Part shown: positions 54,716-64,000 of the stretch, in pieces | Position numbering within the stretch: position 1 is the first letter of the stretch | Layout of the letters: every line of letters begins with the position of its first letter | NCBI RefSeq assembly: GCF_964204645.1 | Contig: NC_134034.1 | Location: 13,839,062-13,903,061 of the forward strand | Direction: 5' to 3' | Length of the DNA: 64,000 nucleotides | From: Tubulanus polymorphus | Taxonomy: Eukaryota; Animalia; Nemertea | The notes under the pieces: model-generated | The model's database searches: none | The model's input: the letters and a program-made list of their open reading frames with translations, nothing else | What the model was told of the DNA's origin: nothing | Position numbers and translations under genes: made by a program

Positions 54716-55398
54716 ACAATCCCCAGGCAGCCTTCAACAAAATGTAAGAAGCAATATAATACATCGGGTAAAATAAAGATTTCATTAGAATTTCAGAAAG
54801 ATGTTGGTGCTGCAGTGCCATGGCCATCGAAATATTGTTTGAAACTTAACGAAATTGTATTCGAGATCCAACTCAACAAGGTTACTATACTAAATTACTG
54901 AGGCGTGGAAACATATTGTTGAAATTAATTTAGTGGAGTCTTTTTTTTCTGATTCAAATGAGGAAGACTATTTGGCAATGTTTCCTACAGGATAAAACGA
55001 TTGTTTATTCAGATCGCACATCGGTCATGAATCGACACATTCAGCTTGATTTAACTGATTTCTTAGTTCCCATGCTTATCCATAGTTTTCGGGGTCCTAC
55101 GGACTTGAAGCGCCGAGTTGGCCTATTGATGACAATCCGGCCGTAATCAGGGCCCGCCTCGATGCTGTTGCAAAATGGGCGACCGCCCGCGAAACTAGAC
55201 CCTGGCAAGCGAGTATTGAGAAAGAGAGTCGGATTCGAACGCTCCCGCAAGTGTCGGTGCTTGATACATAGACGGAATGAATGGTCGAATTAATCAAAAA
55301 CAAGCCCAAGAAATATCGTATCACCTCATACCTATGATACAGATAAAAATTGTCAATTCTTCTCAAACCACGGTAACGGTATTCGAATTAAATGTAAA

Positions 55399-55516
55399 TC
55401 AATTAATTTATTGCTAGTCCGGTGGCGTTGTCGGAATTCAATTCAATTTTATTGCTGGTCCGGTAGCGTTGTCGGAATTCAATTTAATTTTATTGCTGGT
55501 CCGTCAGCGGTGTCCG
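55399..55516 (+). promoter_or_regulatory. 41-bp unit x3 immediately upstream of the PSMC5 ATG, in the divergent ETFBKMT/PSMC5 interval
   Basis: CAATT.AATTTTATTGCTGGTCCGGT.GCGTTGTCGGAATT repeats; regulatory role inferred from position only. Confidence 0.6.
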
Positions 55517-55525
55517 AAAACAAAC

Positions 55526-59481
<3,956 letters not shown>

Positions 59482-60395
59482 ATATTGTTCCCGCCCCCGG
59501 TGGAACGACAAAGACATTTTCAAATTGCGCAATATTCAACGTCATCAGAGTGTGAAACAAATAGAAAAAGTTCAAACTGGTCAATTTGTGTTTGGAGGCT
59601 GAAAATCTTTTCGATATTAGTTTAAATTCCTTCTCGCTACTGAAGATGGAACCGTAGCCTTTGATTGGTCAATTCAATAGTTCACGTCGGTTAATACCAG
59701 ATGTTTGTGTCGCATTTCAAACTATGTATTGAAAATGAAAACACGATGTAAATATAAGTATTTATGTGAAAATTCATCGATTGTTTTCTGTTAATATTGT
59801 GGTTATTATTGAAGAGACTGTGAAAGGTCACAACGATTCTTAACGCTGTTCTTTGCTCTGCATCTACGAGCCAGAAACTTCATATACTAGTACAGTGAAA
59901 GTTGCTTACCGGTAATCCAGATCACTGTTAAAGGACACATTTTAAAGACAAAAATCCACGACATTCTACTTGCTACTTTCGTCACTGTAGCTGTTGAGAG
60001 GTGTCTGTTCTGGTGTGAGCTAACTGAGGACACAAGTTACCGATATGTCGGCTCGAACCTACGTGGGGAGCCGGAGAGAGAGAAGAGACTGTGGTCGCTA
60101 TTGTTGAGATAATGAACTTGTGACTATTTTATAGTAGAAAAAGAATCTTTTTAATTACAGAAATTATAAATAAAATTTATATACACAAAATAATAGCACA
60201 AAAACATATTTTTCAAGTAGATCGGAGGTAAAACCAGCCAAAAACCTCGACACATGAAAACGAAACCTCAACATATGAGGATAATCACTTTTTGAAAGTT
60301 GGCAGCTGAAATGTCTGGTGTTTATATATAGTTCATTTTTAATTAAAAATGCGTTAATCAACTCAAAAAATATCGACAAAGTTGGAACAAGCGAA

Positions 60396-63300
60396 TCAGT
60401 GTAACTGCGATATTGAGACTGGAGTCGATGAACTGATATTCAAGAAGAATGGAGCTTCTTTTCCCGGATGGAACGTACACGGTATAACATTATAGAGACC
60501 TCCCGATACATCGTCTATTTCTAATACTGAAAATCCTCGTCTGAAATAAACAGTAATTATACAATCATTTAGAATGATTCAAAGTACAGTGAATTTAGAT
60601 TCTGGACCACAGTTGTGTGGGAATAATTTGACTCTGAATCCAGTTCCACAGTTGTGTGGGTTTGATTTGACTCTGAACCCAGTTCCACAGTTGTGTGGGT
60701 TTAATCTGACTCTGAATCTAGTTCCACAGTTGTGTGGGTTTAATTTGACTCTAGATCCAGTTCCACAGTTGTGTGGGTTTAATTTGACTCTGAACCCAGT
60801 TCCACAGTTGTGTGCGTTTGATTTTACTCTAGATCCAGTTCAACAGTAGTGTGGAAATAATTTGACTCTGAATCCAGTTTCACAGTTGTTAGGGTTCGAT
60901 TTGACTCTGGATCCAGTTCGACAGTTGTGTGGGTTTGATTTGACTCTAGATCCAGTTCCACAGTTGTGTGGGTTAAATTGGTCTGGATCCAGATCCACAG
61001 TTCAATTCAACGTGGATCCCAGTTCCAGTATTGACTTATCTACTTTGAACACAATTGCACAGTTGTTAATGTTTACCTGAAATCTCCGGAAGATTTCCGT
61101 TTGAAAGCACCGGGAGCGTTTGACACATTTTCAGACACAGTTATCACATCAAAACCAACGCTGTATTCTCTAAAAACATGAAGAACAAATCAATGATCAG
61201 TTTGAAATAAATTGTTGCATCCAAAATACTTAACAAGGTTTTGAAAGTAAGGTACATGAGGTACTTACTTCGGTCCTCGGAGTTCTATAAGTATGTGATT
61301 GTTGATTACTGTATTGTCCAGTTTGATTTGATAAACCGGATTGTTTTTATATGTTTCCGGGTAGTTTCCACATCCACCCGCCGAACGACCCTTCCACTGT
61401 CCAGTAATCTATACGAATAAATAGAATAAGAGTGATTTCAGAATAAAGGGGGCACCATTATCCAAATAACTCATCCGCTGTTCTTGAGTTTGGGGAACAG
61501 TTACATTATTTATCCAAATATTAGGCCAAGAGTTCATACAGCAGTTGATTCACACTAACCCATCCTGTGAGGGAGGATGTGTCTACTAGGACAGGGGTTT
61601 GTACTGTGACAGTGTCTCGTGATGTCATCAGGTTCATATCCCTGTGAGGGAGGATGTGTCTACTAGGACAGGGGTTTGTACTGTGACAGAGTTTCATGAT
61701 GCCATCAGGTTCAAATCCTTGTGAGGGAGGATGTGTCTACTAGGACAGGGGTTTGTACTGTAACAGAGTCTCATGATGCCATCAGGTTCAAATCCCTGTG
61801 AGGGAGGATGTGTCTACTAGGGCAGGGGTTTGTACTGTGATAGAGTCTCGTGATGTCATCAGGTTCAAATCCCTGTGAGGGAGGATGTGTCTACTAGGAC
61901 AGGGGTTTGTACTGTTACAGAGTCTCATGATGCCATCAGGTTCAAATCCCTGTGAGGGAGGATGTGTCTACTAGGGCAGGGGTTTGTACTGTGATAGAGT
62001 CTCGTGATGTCATCAGGTTCAAATCCCTGTGAGGGAGGATGTGTCTACTAGGACAGGGGTTTGTACTGTTACAGAGTCTCATGATGCCATCAGGTTCAAA
62101 TCCCTGTGAGGGAGGATGTGTCTACTAGGGCAGGGGTTTGTACTGTGATAGAGTCTCGTGATGTCATCAGGTTCAAATCCCTGTGAGGGAGGATGTGTCT
62201 ACTAGGACAGGGGTTTGTACTGTTACAGAGTCTCGTGATGTCATCAGGTTTAAATCCCTGTGAGGGAGGATGTGTCTACTAGGACAGGGGTTTGTACTGT
62301 TACAGAGTCTCGTGATGTCATCAGGTTTAAATCCCTGTGAGGGAGGATGTGTCTACTAGGACAGGGGTTTGTACTGTGACAGAGTCTCATGATGTCATCA
62401 GGTTCAAATCCCTGTGAGGGAGGATGTGTCTACTAGGACAGGGGTTTGTACTGTTACAGAGTCTCGTGATGTCATCAGGTTTAAATCCCTGTGAGGGAGG
62501 ATGTGTCTACTAGGACAGGGGTTTGTACTGTTACAGAGTCTCGTGATGTCATCAGGTTTAAATCCCTGTGAGGGAGGATGTGTCTACTAGGACAGGGGTT
62601 TGTACTGTGACAGAGTCTCACGATGTCATCAGGTTCAAATCCCTGTGAGGGAGGATGTGTCTACTAGGACAGGGGTTTGTACTGTGACAGAGTCTCATGA
62701 TGTCATCAGGTTCAAATCCCTGTGAGGGAGGATGTGTCTACTAGGACAGGGGTTTGTACTGTGACAGAGTCTCATGATGTCATCAGGTTCTAATTCCTGT
62801 AGTGAAGATGACAACATGAAATATGATAATGACAAACCTGTTTTTCATATTTAGCGATGTAAGGGTCAATGATTTTAGTGAGTGAAATTTCACACGTTGA
62901 ATAAATGCGAAGCGTGTAATGAATTGTGTTATTTTTCTCGTATTGTGAAACGACGAGACTGTAGTTCTTCGTGCCGCGATCCTCAACCAGTTTACACAGA
63001 TAATGAGGGCTGTTTATCCGCACGCCGTCCTTATACGGGGCAGGATCATCTGCGAAAACAAAATCAAAATGAAATACAGCATTATACTGCACTTCTTTAA
63101 TCTAGGCTCATAGACCATAGACCGGGGGCCAGTTGCACAGTCGTGACTTATGTCCAAAAGTGGTCTTAAATCTTAATTAAGACTGGTCTTAAGTTGTTAG
63201 ATTGGCTATAGAACTAAGTTAGTCTTAGACTGGTCTTAAGTCTAAGGCATGACTACGGAAACGGTCCCTGCAGGTGTCCAAGTTCAGAGACCAAATCCAC

Positions 63301-63870
63301 AGAATAACCTTGACCCTATCATTAGTTACTTACAGGGATAATAAACGCGTCTGCCTCCATTCTTATAAACGAGTAACGTAATAAATTCTTTATTCTGAGC
63401 GAAATCATCCTAGAAATTAAACAACAAAGTAAATAATCAATATTAGTCCAAATTTTGACCGAGACTAGTAAGGAATCATGAAACTAAGAGAGAGAGAGAG
63501 AGTTACAACTACGTGGCTGGACGGTTCACTTATTTACCTTATCAGTGATATGTCTAGTAAGTAGGATCCAGACAGGTGTAGCCTGCGTCGCTCTGATCTC
63601 TAGTCTATATTGAGGGTTGTCGCTGATGTTGTAAACATCTTTTTTCGGCCCTGATTTCGCTTGCCACGTACTGAAATGAGGACATAATGTCGTTTGTGTC
63701 TCAAATAATTAGCCACAACCGTTTTTAAGTTTTTGGGTTGAGCCACAGCTCAGTTACGGCGAGTACTGACCTATGAATGCAAGTCGTGTGAGTGAAAAGA
63801 TCCGGATTCCAATTGATGTAAATTACATCGTAAAATTTCATCAGAGATGAATAGTCAATCCAGAACACAC
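60396..63870 (-). CDS. CAPN7: Calpain-7 (PalB-like), 3' exons only; gene continues beyond the window
   Basis: GVFWID..DVIYINWNP, WILLTRHITDK, DFITLLVYK, DGVRINSPHYL, SQYEK.NTIHYTLRIYS, GQWKGRSAGGCGN, IPCTF.PG.EAPFFL; stop TGA 60396-60398. Confidence 0.92.
60590..61030 (+). repeat. 39-bp minisatellite, about 10 copies, last CAPN7 intron; same family as 21558-21970
   Basis: Direct reading. Confidence 0.92.
61563..62790 (+). repeat. 77-bp tandem repeat x16 in a CAPN7 intron
   Basis: Unit CCCTGTGAGGGAGGATGTGTCTACTAGGACAGGGGTTTGTACTGTTACAGAGTCTCGTGATGTCATCAGGTTCAAAT. Confidence 0.97.
63125..63267. mobile_element. Harbinger-like MITE
   Basis: GGGGCCAGTTGCACAGTCGTGACTTA ... TAAGGCATGACTACGGAAACGGTCC|CTG imperfect TIRs with internal AGACTGGTCTTAAG repeats. 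Confidence 0.6.
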
Positions 63871-64000
63871 CTGAAACACATATTTTAGCCTCATCCATGT
63901 GTTCGAGACTTTAAATTGAAAAAGAACTACACACACCAGACACTCTCCACATTCCCAGCATTAAATGTTTGGAGAGGAACAACCGAGACAATAAATCTGA

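Noticed and set aside
61563-62790. CRISPR-like array or tandem tRNA genes
   Set aside because: No unique spacers, no cas genes, eukaryotic intron; the unit cannot form a full cloverleaf
61563-62790. Hammerhead ribozyme in each unit (minus-strand CTGATGA)
   Set aside because: The required GAAA is CAAA and no stem II is evident

Overview
Eukaryotic, intron-rich animal DNA, probably a marine invertebrate of lophotrochozoan type (an inference; I cannot name the species). There is no CRISPR array, rRNA or operon. Left to right: a multi-exon Q/P/RS-rich zinc-finger gene (-); a near full-length CR1-clade LINE with frameshifted ORF1 and intact ORF2 (+); a single-exon class A peptide-type GPCR (+); a lachesin-like 3-Ig GPI protein (+); a polyamine/spermine oxidase (-); three tandem paralogous 3-Ig genes plus a disrupted fourth (+); ABCB6/HMT1 (-); ETFBKMT (-) head-to-head with PSMC5 (+); and the 3' part of calpain-7 (-). 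Most notable: (1) the Ig paralogues are a patchwork of near-identical tracts that switch partner along the gene, and one copy has no visible start codon or leader, a candidate gene-conversion-diversified IgSF family; (2) four intronic minisatellite arrays (three unit types) trace to the termini of DNA-transposon MITEs in the same window; (3) other intronic arrays amplify functional-looking motifs (CTCF-like cores, exon-intron junctions). Exon coordinates were read by eye and may be off by a few bases.
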